This document shows positions 1-9,420 of a DNA stretch of 64,000 bases, one piece after another; within the stretch, counting starts at the first letter, position 1, and every line of letters starts with the position of its first letter. The stretch spans positions 51,427 to 115,426 of the forward strand of contig JAFUFI010000015.1 of the NCBI GenBank assembly GCA_017469945.1, in the 5' to 3' direction. A program made the position numbers and the translations under genes. Below the pieces are notes generated by a model. The model had not been told where the DNA came from. It did not search any database and worked only from the letters and a program-made list of their open reading frames with translations. This stretch comes from Lachnospiraceae bacterium. GTDB taxonomy: Bacteria; Bacillota; Clostridia; Lachnospirales; Lachnospiraceae.

Positions 1-1342
1 CTCCATAATAGGAATAATCATAACCGATCTGTTCTTTATCTTCTTAAACACCGGAAGGATAAGGCAGCAGGAGATACTCGAAGAGCAGGAACGCTCTACT
101 GATGAACTGATGAGGATCATCGAGGCAAAAGCCGATGAGGCGAGAGCCGCTACAAAGAGTAAGTCGGATTTCCTTGCGAGTATGTCCCATGAAATCCGTA
201 CTCCCATTAACTCCGTACTCGGTATGAACGAGATGATACTCAGAGAGACGGAGGAGGAAAACACGAGAAAATACGCCGAAGATATACAGCACGCGGGAAA
301 TATGCTGCTTTCTTTGGTCAATAATATTCTGGACTTTTCAAAGATCGAATCCGGTAAGATGGAGATAATCCCCGTTAAGTACGATATGGGGATCCTTATA
401 AGCGATATCAAGATAATCATCGCAAACCGTGCGATGCAAAAGGGGCTTAAGTTTTCCGTAAAGGTGGCTCCGGATATGCCGAGGGTCCTTTACGGCGATG
501 AGATACGTATAAAGCAGATAATCACAAATATCCTTACGAACGCGGTAAAGTATACCGAGACCGGAAGCGTCAATTTTAATGTAGATTTTGATAAGGCTGA
601 TGAGAGAAGCGTACTTTTAAAGGTATCAATCTCAGATACCGGAAGAGGTATGAAGGAAGACGATCTGAACAAGCTTTTCTCGCCATTCGAAAGGATTGAG
701 GAGCTGAGAAACCGCCATATCGAGGGAACGGGTCTTGGTATGAGCATCGTTCAGCAGCTTCTTGCTCTTATGGGAACAAGGCTTAACGTTAAGAGCGTCT
801 ACGGAAAGGGAAGCACCTTCGAGTTTGTTATAAGGCAGGAGGTTGTGGACTGGACTCAGGTCGGAGATATGGGAAGCGTCGTCTCCGTCAGCAGAACAAA
901 ACGGGTTGATACAGAGCAGTTTACGGCACCTCTTGCAAAGATCCTTGTTGTCGACGATATCAAGATGAATCTTAACGTTATAGTTGGACTTTTAAAGAGG
1001 ACGAAGATTCAGGTAGATACGGCGCTTTCCGGAGCGGAAGCCATCGATATGGCGAGGAAGAAAGAGTACGATATCTTATTTATCGATCATATGATGCCGG
1101 AGATGGACGGTATCGAAACTCTCGAAAAGATAAAAAAGGACAGATTCGCTCTTTGCAGGGAAAAGCCTATGATCGCCCTTACGGCAAACGCAATATCGGG
1201 GGCACGGGAGTTTTATTTAAAGAAGGGCTTTGTGGGATATCTTTCAAAGCCGGTAGACACCAAGCTTCTTGAGAAGATCATAATCGAATTCCTGCCCGAG
1301 GAGCTTATCGCAACCGGAGCCAAAAGGATAGAAGAAGACTAG
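1..1342 (+). CDS. Hybrid sensor histidine kinase/response regulator (HisKA-HATPase-REC), 5'-truncated by the window edge
   Basis: The frame is open from position 2 (SIIGIIITDLFFIFLN..., a TM helix), so the true start lies upstream. H-box FLASMSHEIRTP, N-box NILTNAVKYT, G-boxes DTGRGM/GTGLG, receiver ILVVDD...DHMMPEMDG...K. Confidence 0.93.
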   Translation, partial: SIIGIIITDLFFIFLNTGRIRQQEILEEQERSTDELMRIIEAKADEARAATKSKSDFLASMSHEIRTPINSVLGMNEMILRETEEENTRKYAEDIQHAGNMLLSLVNNILDFSKIESGKMEIIPVKYDMGILISDIKIIIANRAMQKGLKFSVKVAPDMPRVLYGDEIRIKQIITNILTNAVKYTETGSVNFNVDFDKADERSVLLKVSISDTGRGMKEDDLNKLFSPFERIEELRNRHIEGTGLGMSIVQQLLALMGTRLNVKSVYGKGSTFEFVIRQEVVDWTQVGDMGSVVSVSRTKRVDTEQFTAPLAKILVVDDIKMNLNVIVGLLKRTKIQVDTALSGAEAIDMARKKEYDILFIDHMMPEMDGIETLEKIKKDRFALCREKPMIALTANAISGAREFYLKKGFVGYLSKPVDTKLLEKIIIEFLPEELIATGAKRIEED

Positions 1343-1351
1343 GCGGCGGTG

Positions 1352-1380
1352 TTGAAAGATTCGGGTAAAGATAGTATAAT
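1352..1380 (+). promoter_or_regulatory. Sigma-A type promoter for purA
   Basis: TTGAAA (1352-1357), 17 bp spacer, TATAAT (1375-1380); RBS AAGGAG before ATG 1438. Confidence 0.75.
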
Positions 1381-1437
1381 GTTTATTGGTCTGTGCGATC
1401 AGACCGCTAATTACGAACTTACAAAAGGAGAAACAAA

Positions 1438-2727
1438 ATGGTAAAGGCAGTAGTGGGCGCCAACTGGGGAGATGAAGGAAAGGGAAAGATCACGGATATG
1501 CTTGCTGAGAATGCAGACATTATCATCCGTTTCCAGGGAGGAGCCAACGCAGGACATACCATAGTCAACAACTACGGCAAATTTGCACTTCACACACTTC
1601 CTTCGGGAGTATTCTATTCACATACTACAAGCATCATCGGAAACGGTGTTGCTCTTGATATTGAAAAGCTTTTTAACGAGATAAAATCCATCACGGATCA
1701 AAACGTTCCGATGCCTAAGATCCTGGTAAGCGACAGATGTCAGATCGTTATGCCTTACCATGTTCTTTTCGATGCATACGAAGAGGAGAGACTTGGCGGT
1801 AAGTCCTTCGGCTCTACCAAGTCGGGTATCGCTCCTTTCTATTCAGACAAGTACGCAAAGATCGGATTCCAGGTCAGCGAGCTTTTCGACGAGGAGCTTT
1901 TAAAAGAAAAGGTTAAGAGAGTCTGCGAGCTTAAGAATGTGCTCCTTGAGCATCTCTACCACAAGCCCGCTATCGATGAAAATGAGCTTCTTGAGACTTT
2001 ACATTCATACCGTGACAAGGTTGCTCCTTATGTTTGCGATGTATCTGCTTTCCTTGACAAAGCTATCAAGGAGGGAAAGACCATCCTTCTCGAGGGACAG
2101 CTCGGAACCTTAAAGGACCCCGATCACGGAATCTATCCGATGGTTACATCCTCATCTACTCTTGCAGGATACGGAGCTATCGGAGCGGGACTTCCTCCTT
2201 ACGAGATCAAGCAGATAATCACAGTCTGCAAGGCATATTCATCCGCAGTAGGTGCGGGAGCTTTTGTTTCCGAGATCTTCGGAGACGAAGCTAATGAGCT
2301 CAGAGAGCGCGGAGGAGACGGCGGAGAGTACGGTGCTACTACCCACAGACCCAGAAGAATGGGCTGGTTTGACTGCGTAGCTTCTAAATACGGATGCAGA
2401 CTTCAGGGAACTACCGATGTAGCGTTTACTGTTCTTGACGTACTCGGATATCTTGACGAGATTCCTGTTTGCGTAGGATATGAGCTTGACGGCGAGGTTA
2501 TCACAGACTTCCCCGTAACCGCAAAGCTTGAGAAGTGCAAGCCCGTACTTAAGAAGCTTCCCGGATGGAAGTGCGATATCCGCGGAATCAAGAAGTACGA
2601 GGATCTTCCCGAGAACTGCCGCGGATATATCGAGTTTATCGAGGGCCAGATCGGATATCCTATCACTATGATCTCCAACGGACCCGGAAGAGAAGACATC
2701 ATCTACAGAGAGTCTGCTTTAAAGTAA
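1438..2727 (+). CDS. purA: Adenylosuccinate synthetase
   Basis: GANWGDEGKGK, RFQGGANAGHT, EGQLG...DHGIYP, EYGATTHRPRR; 429 aa. Confidence 0.98.
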   Translation: MVKAVVGANWGDEGKGKITDMLAENADIIIRFQGGANAGHTIVNNYGKFALHTLPSGVFYSHTTSIIGNGVALDIEKLFNEIKSITDQNVPMPKILVSDRCQIVMPYHVLFDAYEEERLGGKSFGSTKSGIAPFYSDKYAKIGFQVSELFDEELLKEKVKRVCELKNVLLEHLYHKPAIDENELLETLHSYRDKVAPYVCDVSAFLDKAIKEGKTILLEGQLGTLKDPDHGIYPMVTSSSTLAGYGAIGAGLPPYEIKQIITVCKAYSSAVGAGAFVSEIFGDEANELRERGGDGGEYGATTHRPRRMGWFDCVASKYGCRLQGTTDVAFTVLDVLGYLDEIPVCVGYELDGEVITDFPVTAKLEKCKPVLKKLPGWKCDIRGIKKYEDLPENCRGYIEFIEGQIGYPITMISNGPGREDIIYRESALK

Positions 2728-2746
2728 TTCAAATAATTAATAAGGC

Positions 2747-5700
2747 TTGGTGGGGTTAATGAAGTTTTTTGAGATGGGCATACCAGGCGATCTGAATATT
2801 AAAAGATTATTTAAAACCGGAGCTGCTATGGCAGCTCTGGTTTTTATGCTGTATTTGGTATTGATCTTTAAGGGATTTTCCGCCGATCTGTACGCTACGG
2901 ATTACGCAGCGGAGTACAGCGGAATCGTCTATAATCTTGAAAATAAGCTGGGGAGCAGCGAAGTAAACTGTATAACGCAGGCGTATGAGGGCTATATCTG
3001 GGTAGGAACCTATTCCGGTCTTTACCAGTTTGACGGAAATTCCTTCAGTAAACTGGAACTGGACGAGAATATACACTCGGTTATGTGCCTTTTGCCCAAC
3101 GGAAGAGACGGAGTCTGGATCGGAACAAACGATTCGGGCCTTGTTTACTATTCCTTCAGAAGCGGTGAGACCAAGTACTATACCACAGAGGATGGACTAG
3201 GCTCAAACTCCGTAAGGAGCCTTTGTTACGGAAAGTCGGGAGAGCTTTATATCGGAACAAGCTCATATCTTTCGGTCCTCTCCGCAGACGGAGTCCTCAC
3301 AACATATACCGGAAGCAATGACCTTTACTATATCCGAAAGATCAGCTGCCGTGCCGATGGTACCATAGCTGTTGTTTCCAACGGCGGTACCGTATTTATC
3401 ATAAAGGACGGTGTTATAACCCAGTCTTTCACAAGAGAGGAAGTTGGAGAATCCTTTACTTCTGTAAGATATGTATCTAATGGCAATCTGCTTATCGGAA
3501 GCACCGACGGAAATATCTTTATCGGAGAGCTTAGGGGAAGCAAGGTGAGCGTCACCAAATACCGCGAGGCATCTGAAGTCGGATCCACAGCGGATATATT
3601 TGAAAATAAGAACGGAAGTATAATCATCGCCGGAGACAACGGACTCGGATATCTCGACAGACTCGGAAGACTTGTAAAGATAGACCGGGGAGATTTCAAC
3701 AACTCGGTATGCGATATTTTTGAAGATTATCAGGGTAACCTTTGGGTATCTTCATCCAGACAGGGAATCCTTAAGCTTTCCCAGAACCCCTTTAAGAATC
3801 TATTTTCCGCGGCGGGTGTTTCGGAGAGAGTAGTTAACTGCGTTTACAAAAAGGATGATCGTATCTACGCGGGGTGCGATGATGGACTTGTTATATTGAA
3901 TGCCGATACGGGAAGGCAGATTACTGACGAGAGATTTGCCGATTTATCCGAAGCCCGTATCAGACACATCTTGGAGGATTCTGAAGGTAACCTTTGGATA
4001 TCTACCTACAGCACATACGGCCTCGTGAAATTTGACGGAGAAGAGCTTACATATTTTAACGAGGCTGAGAACGGAACCAATGGCAATAAGATAAGACTTG
4101 CCATAGAACTTAAGGATAAATCTATTCTGGCGGCTTCCGCAACGGGACTGACATATATTAAAAACGGGGAAGTTACAAAGATACTTAAGGCTGAGGACGG
4201 ACTTGAGGTTGAACAGATCCTCTGTCTTTACGAGATGCCTGACGGAACCGTTATGGCGGGAAGCGACGGAGACGGTATTTACCTTATAAAGGATGGCAAG
4301 GTCGTAGGGAATATTGGAGAAAAGCAGGGACTTACGGGACTTGTTATTCTGAGAATAGTTCCCTATAAGGACAAGTTCTTTATTACGACGGGAAATGAAA
4401 TATTCCTCTACGACGGAGAAAAGGCTGTACCCTTGCACAATTTCCCCCAAAGCAACAACTACGATATCTGTATATCTTCAGACCAAAAGGCATGGGTTAC
4501 TTCAAGCGCAGGAGTTTATATCCTAAGCGCCGACGATCTTGCTCTTGATGACAACTACATCGCAGATCTTTTGAACAGTGCGAGAGGGCTTAATACAACT
4601 CTTGTTGCGAATTCCTGGAATTATATCGGAGAGGGAGATGAACTTTATCTTTGCTGCTCTACCGGCGTAAAGTCAATACAGATGCATGAATATGGCGTAG
4701 TAAACAATGACTTTGATGTTGATGTGCGTCTTGTTATGGCTGACGATAAAATGATAGTTCCCGACGAGGGAGGCATCTACGAGATACCCTCGGATGCAAA
4801 GAGGATAATCTTTACCCCCGCGGTACTTAACTATTCCCTTTCAAACCCTTATGTAAGAGTATATCTTGAGGGGTTTGAGGATGACGGAATAATCTTTGGA
4901 CAGTCGGAGCTTAAAGAGGTAAGCTATACAAACCTTGCCTACGGAAATTATGTTTTCCGTATTCAGGTACTTGATAATTATCAAAACGTTGTTAAGGAAA
5001 AGACTATAGTTCTTCACAAGGACGCAAGACTCTTTGAAAGGCCGCTTTTCTGGGTTGCGGCAGCCCTTGTGCTTATCGGAATTTTAATGGCTATAACCTG
5101 GGCTTTGGCAGAGCGCCGAAACGGAAAGATAATTAAAAGCCAGTACCTCCAGATCGAAAAAGCAAAGGAAGAAGCGGAGCGTACCAGCGAGTACAAGACA
5201 CTTTTCCTTGCAAATATGAGCCATGAGATCAGAACCCCCATAAATACGATCATGGGTATGGATGAGCTGATCCTAAGAGAGGATGTATCCAGTCAGGTAA
5301 GGCAGTACGCCAATGATATTTACATATCAAGCGACTCCCTTCTTAATATCGTTAATGATATCCTTGATCTGTCCAAGATCGAATCCGGAAAGATGAATAT
5401 TGTACCGGTTGAATACAGCTCCGCGGAGCTTTTCAGAGAGCTTGGAAACAATCTAAAGGTTAAGACTGACGAGGCGAAGCTTTCGGTTATTCTGGACTTT
5501 GACCCTGAGATTCCGGCAAGGCTTATCGGAGATAACAATCGTATTAAACAGGTTATCACAAATCTTCTTACAAACGCCGTTAAGTATACGAGGGAAGGAA
5601 ATGTCACCTTTAAGGCGCAGCTTGTCAGTCTTAATAACGGGAATGCGGAGATCGAGGTTTCGGTATCGGATACCGGTATCGGAATAAAGCCGGAAGATAT

Positions 5701-6739
5701 GTCCAGACTCTTTAAGGAATTTGAGAGGCTTGACGAGGAGAGAAACCACAGCGTAAAGGGAACGGGACTCGGGCTTGCGATCACAAAGCAGCTTCTTGAG
5801 CTTATGGGTTCAAGGCTTGAGGTTGAGAGTATATATGATGAGGGCTCCAATTTCCACTTTACGATCATCCAAAAGGCTGTATCCGGCGAGAAGATGGGAG
5901 AGATCGAAACCTTAGAAGGAAAGGAAGAGGAGTATGTGGCTTACGTTCCTTCCTTTGTTGCTCCGGATGCAAGTATTCTTGTGGTAGACGATACGCCTTT
6001 AAACCTTGCGGTTATCAGAGGGCTTTTGAGGTCCACAAAGGTTCATATAGATACAGGAGAGAGCGGACTTGTAGCCCTTGAAAGAGTTAAGCAAAGAAGG
6101 TACGACTTAATCCTCTTAGACCATATGATGCCTGAGATGGACGGTATAGAGACCCTTGAACAGCTTGGCAAGATAAGCCATAAGTGTATGGGGGTTCCTG
6201 TGATCGTACTTACGGCAAACGCCATAGCGGGAGCAAAGGAAAATTACTTAAAGATCGGCTTTACGGACTATATCTCAAAGCCTGTTTCCGGTAAGGATTT
6301 AGAGGCGATGCTTGTTAAATATCTGCCGCCATCTAAGGTCAGAATGCCGGAGAGCGACGAAGCGCCCAAGAAAAAGTCAGGGGATGAGGAGAGATTTGCG
6401 GGGCTTCATCTTATCGACCCTGAAAAGGGTAAGAACTACTGCGCAGGGGACAGCGAGCTCTACAAGAGCGTTCTTGAGATGTTTGTCGGCGAGTATGATG
6501 CGGAAACAGAGAATCTGCAAAAGTATTTAGACCTTAAGGATTCCAAGAAATTTGTTACTCATGCGCACAAGCTCAAGAGCTCTGCAAGAACCATCGGTGC
6601 GGACCATCTCTTTGAGAAGGCCAAGGAAATCGAGTCAGACGGCAAGGAAGAAAACTGGGATGCTATAAAGCGGAAACTCAGCGCCGTTATGGAACTCTAT
6701 CTTGATGTCGTAATGGAAATCAAAAATAAAATGCTTTAA
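2747..6739 (+). CDS. Hybrid sensor kinase: extracellular beta-propeller (Reg_prop/Y_Y_Y-like) + TM + HisKA + HATPase + REC + Hpt
   Basis: Repeated propeller motifs (GYIWVGT, GVWIGT, GNLWVSS, GNLWIST), YTNLAYGNYVFRI (Y_Y_Y-like), TM helix, SHEIRTP, NLLTNAVKYT, DHMMPEMDG, Hpt HAHKLKSSARTIGA. The start may be ATG 2759. Confidence 0.92.
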   Translation: MVGLMKFFEMGIPGDLNIKRLFKTGAAMAALVFMLYLVLIFKGFSADLYATDYAAEYSGIVYNLENKLGSSEVNCITQAYEGYIWVGTYSGLYQFDGNSFSKLELDENIHSVMCLLPNGRDGVWIGTNDSGLVYYSFRSGETKYYTTEDGLGSNSVRSLCYGKSGELYIGTSSYLSVLSADGVLTTYTGSNDLYYIRKISCRADGTIAVVSNGGTVFIIKDGVITQSFTREEVGESFTSVRYVSNGNLLIGSTDGNIFIGELRGSKVSVTKYREASEVGSTADIFENKNGSIIIAGDNGLGYLDRLGRLVKIDRGDFNNSVCDIFEDYQGNLWVSSSRQGILKLSQNPFKNLFSAAGVSERVVNCVYKKDDRIYAGCDDGLVILNADTGRQITDERFADLSEARIRHILEDSEGNLWISTYSTYGLVKFDGEELTYFNEAENGTNGNKIRLAIELKDKSILAASATGLTYIKNGEVTKILKAEDGLEVEQILCLYEMPDGTVMAGSDGDGIYLIKDGKVVGNIGEKQGLTGLVILRIVPYKDKFFITTGNEIFLYDGEKAVPLHNFPQSNNYDICISSDQKAWVTSSAGVYILSADDLALDDNYIADLLNSARGLNTTLVANSWNYIGEGDELYLCCSTGVKSIQMHEYGVVNNDFDVDVRLVMADDKMIVPDEGGIYEIPSDAKRIIFTPAVLNYSLSNPYVRVYLEGFEDDGIIFGQSELKEVSYTNLAYGNYVFRIQVLDNYQNVVKEKTIVLHKDARLFERPLFWVAAALVLIGILMAITWALAERRNGKIIKSQYLQIEKAKEEAERTSEYKTLFLANMSHEIRTPINTIMGMDELILREDVSSQVRQYANDIYISSDSLLNIVNDILDLSKIESGKMNIVPVEYSSAELFRELGNNLKVKTDEAKLSVILDFDPEIPARLIGDNNRIKQVITNLLTNAVKYTREGNVTFKAQLVSLNNGNAEIEVSVSDTGIGIKPEDMSRLFKEFERLDEERNHSVKGTGLGLAITKQLLELMGSRLEVESIYDEGSNFHFTIIQKAVSGEKMGEIETLEGKEEEYVAYVPSFVAPDASILVVDDTPLNLAVIRGLLRSTKVHIDTGESGLVALERVKQRRYDLILLDHMMPEMDGIETLEQLGKISHKCMGVPVIVLTANAIAGAKENYLKIGFTDYISKPVSGKDLEAMLVKYLPPSKVRMPESDEAPKKKSGDEERFAGLHLIDPEKGKNYCAGDSELYKSVLEMFVGEYDAETENLQKYLDLKDSKKFVTHAHKLKSSARTIGADHLFEKAKEIESDGKEENWDAIKRKLSAVMELYLDVVMEIKNKML

Positions 6740-6753
6740 AGCGGGATTTAGAG

Positions 6754-7923
6754 ATGACAGGTACTATACTTGATTATTTAATTGAATACGGTGATGTACC
6801 TTTTTCGGAGATGCGTTTTACGGAAGTTGACGCGGCAATCCTTTGCAAGTTCTCATACTTTAATTTTGAAAAGTTCGTGCCGGATCTTGATTCGGATATG
6901 CCTTCCGTTTCTTTAAGAAATATTATGCTGATGGAAAATGCGGAGGAGCTTTTGGAAAAGGGAAAGTACAGATCCGTCTCGAAGCAGATGGTCGAACTGA
7001 TGCTGAAAGGAAGAAGATTTCAGGGACTTCGGATAGCTTGCTTTACAAAATGCACCGACAGAGAGAGCCAGACTCAGTTTGCCGCAGTCACGTTCTTTAC
7101 CGGCCCCAGGAGGATGTATGTAGTCTTTAGAGGTACGGATTCATCTCTTATAGGGCTTAAGGAAGATTTCAATCTGCTTTATACGGACCATGCAAAATGT
7201 CATGATTACGCGGTTAATTACTTAATGACCGTAAGCAAAAAGTTCCCTCATAAAATGTATGTCGGAGGACATTCAAAGGGGGGACATCTTGCAGTTTATG
7301 CAAGTATGAATATGCCGCCGGAAATTCAAAACAGAATACACAGGATCTATAGCTGTGACGGGCTGGGACTGAGACCGGGACTGATGCAGGACGGAAAGTT
7401 TAAGGCCATAGAGAATAAGCTATACAAGCTTATACCCCAGTCTTCGCTTATCGGGATGATGCTTGAGGACGACGGCCATTACGAGGTTGTAAGAAGCAGC
7501 GGACTTTCTCTTATACAGCACAATATCTATACCTGGCAGGTGGACGGACGCAGGTTCATCCGGGAAAAGAAACTTGGAAACAATGCCATATTTGTAGAGC
7601 ATACCTTTAATGGCTGGGTTGAGAGCCAGGATGATGAGAACAGAAAGAAATTCATTGACGGGATCTACTCCATTATAGATGCATGCAGTGCGGAAAAGCT
7701 GAGCGATCTTATGAAGGACGGGGGAAAAAAGTTCAACATCATCGTAAACGAGATAAAGGACCTTGACGAGGAAAGCCGTGAGCAGCTTAGAAGCGTATTT
7801 AAGGCATTTACCGTAGTGGCGAGGTTTTATCTTAAAACGGATGTGGGCGGAAATATCAAAAAAACCATTAAACGCGGAGCCGGGAGAGTAAGGCTCCCTA
7901 TGGAAAAACTTAATCAAAAGTAG
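6754..7923 (+). CDS. DUF2974 (Mbeg1-like) alpha/beta hydrolase, putative lipase
   Basis: N-terminal DYL..YGD.PF...F.EVDA.IL, QFAAVTF, VFRGTD, nucleophile elbow GHSKGG. Confidence 0.85.
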   Translation: MTGTILDYLIEYGDVPFSEMRFTEVDAAILCKFSYFNFEKFVPDLDSDMPSVSLRNIMLMENAEELLEKGKYRSVSKQMVELMLKGRRFQGLRIACFTKCTDRESQTQFAAVTFFTGPRRMYVVFRGTDSSLIGLKEDFNLLYTDHAKCHDYAVNYLMTVSKKFPHKMYVGGHSKGGHLAVYASMNMPPEIQNRIHRIYSCDGLGLRPGLMQDGKFKAIENKLYKLIPQSSLIGMMLEDDGHYEVVRSSGLSLIQHNIYTWQVDGRRFIREKKLGNNAIFVEHTFNGWVESQDDENRKKFIDGIYSIIDACSAEKLSDLMKDGGKKFNIIVNEIKDLDEESREQLRSVFKAFTVVARFYLKTDVGGNIKKTIKRGAGRVRLPMEKLNQK

Positions 7924-7972
7924 TATAATTAGGGTTCGATGATTTATTTAAATCATGAAAGGAAGTGCCTAT

Positions 7973-8662
7973 ATGAACGATATTGCAGCCGAACTGCAAG
8001 AACAGCTTGAAATTCGGACTGTCTTTACGGTACCTGTCGGCAAGTGGGAAATACCAATCAGTGAGTCCACGGTAGTCACGTGGATCATTATCGGCGTGGT
8101 ACTTTTGATATGTCTGATACTCGGGACTAATCTTAAGGTTAAAAATATTTCAAAGCGCCAGGCTCTCTCCGAGTTTATAGTAACAAAGCTCGAAGGACTT
8201 GTGGCCGGGATGATAGGAGAGGAAGGAAAAGGATATGTGCCATATCTTTTGGCGGTATTTATCTTTTTGATGTTTTCAAACACCGTCGGAATCTTCGGGT
8301 TCAAGCCTCCTACCAAGGATTTAAACGTTACCGCCGCCCTGGCGATCATGAGTATAATCGTTGTGCAGATAGCAAACATCAAAGCGCGCAACCCATGGGG
8401 ATGGATAAAGAGCTTTGCAAAGCCCATCGCGGTCGTAACCCCCATAAATATACTCGAGCTTGTCATTAAGCCGCTTTCGCTTTGTATGCGACTATTCGGT
8501 AATGTATTGGGAGCGTTCATCATCATGGAACTTTTAAAGTCTGTTGTTCCCGTGGTGGTTCCCGCAGTTTTTTCACTTTACTTTGACCTTTTCGACGGTA
8601 TACTTCAGGCGTACGTTTTTGTATTCCTTACGTCTTTGTATATCAAGGAAGCTATAGAATAA
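7973..8662 (+). CDS. atpB: F1Fo ATP synthase subunit a
   Basis: [20 protein letters not shown] (conserved Arg), [10 protein letters not shown]. Start moved to ATG 7973, which follows RBS AAAGGAAG. Confidence 0.96.
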   Translation: MNDIAAELQEQLEIRTVFTVPVGKWEIPISESTVVTWIIIGVVLLICLILGTNLKVKNISKRQALSEFIVTKLEGLVAGMIGEEGKGYVPYLLAVFIFLMFSNTVGIFGFKPPTKDLNVTAALAIMSIIVVQIANIKARNPWGWIKSFAKPIAVVTPINILELVIKPLSLCMRLFGNVLGAFIIMELLKSVVPVVVPAVFSLYFDLFDGILQAYVFVFLTSLYIKEAIE

Positions 8663-8685
8663 TTAATAAAACGGAGGATAAAGAT

Positions 8686-8901
8686 ATGTTAGCAATTGGA
8701 GCAGGAATCGCAGCACTTGCCTGCATCGGAGCAGGACTCGGAATAGGAATCGCAACCGGAAAGGCCGTTGATGCAACCGCACGTCAGCCCGAAGCAAACA
8801 GCAAGATCATGACAACCCTCATTCTCGGTGGTGCTCTTGCAGAGGCTACTGCTATTTATGGTTTCGTTATCGGAATTCTGATTATTTTCATGTTGAAGTG
8901 A
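8686..8901 (+). CDS. atpE: F1Fo ATP synthase subunit c
   Basis: GAGLGIG, RQPE loop, ion-binding E in ALAEATAIY; 71 aa. Confidence 0.97.
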   Translation: MLAIGAGIAALACIGAGLGIGIATGKAVDATARQPEANSKIMTTLILGGALAEATAIYGFVIGILIIFMLK

Positions 8902-8938
8902 TCTGCCTTAGAATAGGCATCTCTACAAGGAGAAAAAC

Positions 8939-9418
8939 ATGTTAAAGGTTGATATAAATTTACTTTTTACGGTGATTAATCTGTTCCTTCTTTTCTTTGT
9001 TATCTGGAAGTTTCTCTTTAAACCGGTTAAGAAGATAATCGCAAAGAGACAGGAAGAGGTTAATGCCGGATACGCTGAGGCGGAAAAGGCCAAGGCCGAT
9101 GCCGAGGCTGCGAAGGCATCCTATGAGGAGCAGCTTTTAAAGGCTGAAGAGGAAAAGAGCGAGATCTTAAAGGACAGCCGAATTCGCGCCGCAAAAGAAT
9201 ATGACAAGATAATCGCTGACGCCAAGCAGTCCGCCTCCGATCTTGTCGAGAAGGCAAAAAAGGATGCAACCGAGGAATCGGACCGCATCAGAAAAAAAGC
9301 AGGAGAGGAGCTTGGAGACCTTGTTTCTAAGGCAGCTGCCAAGATTGCTCTCACAAAGGAAGATCCTGAGGCAGACCTTCGTCTTTATGATGACTTTATA
9401 AGCAAATCGGGTGAGTAA
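8939..9418 (+). CDS. atpF: F1Fo ATP synthase subunit b
   Basis: N-terminal TM helix INLFLLFFVIWKFLFKP followed by an Ala/Glu/Lys coiled coil. Confidence 0.93.
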   Translation: MLKVDINLLFTVINLFLLFFVIWKFLFKPVKKIIAKRQEEVNAGYAEAEKAKADAEAAKASYEEQLLKAEEEKSEILKDSRIRAAKEYDKIIADAKQSASDLVEKAKKDATEESDRIRKKAGEELGDLVSKAAAKIALTKEDPEADLRLYDDFISKSGE

Positions 9419-9420
9419 AA

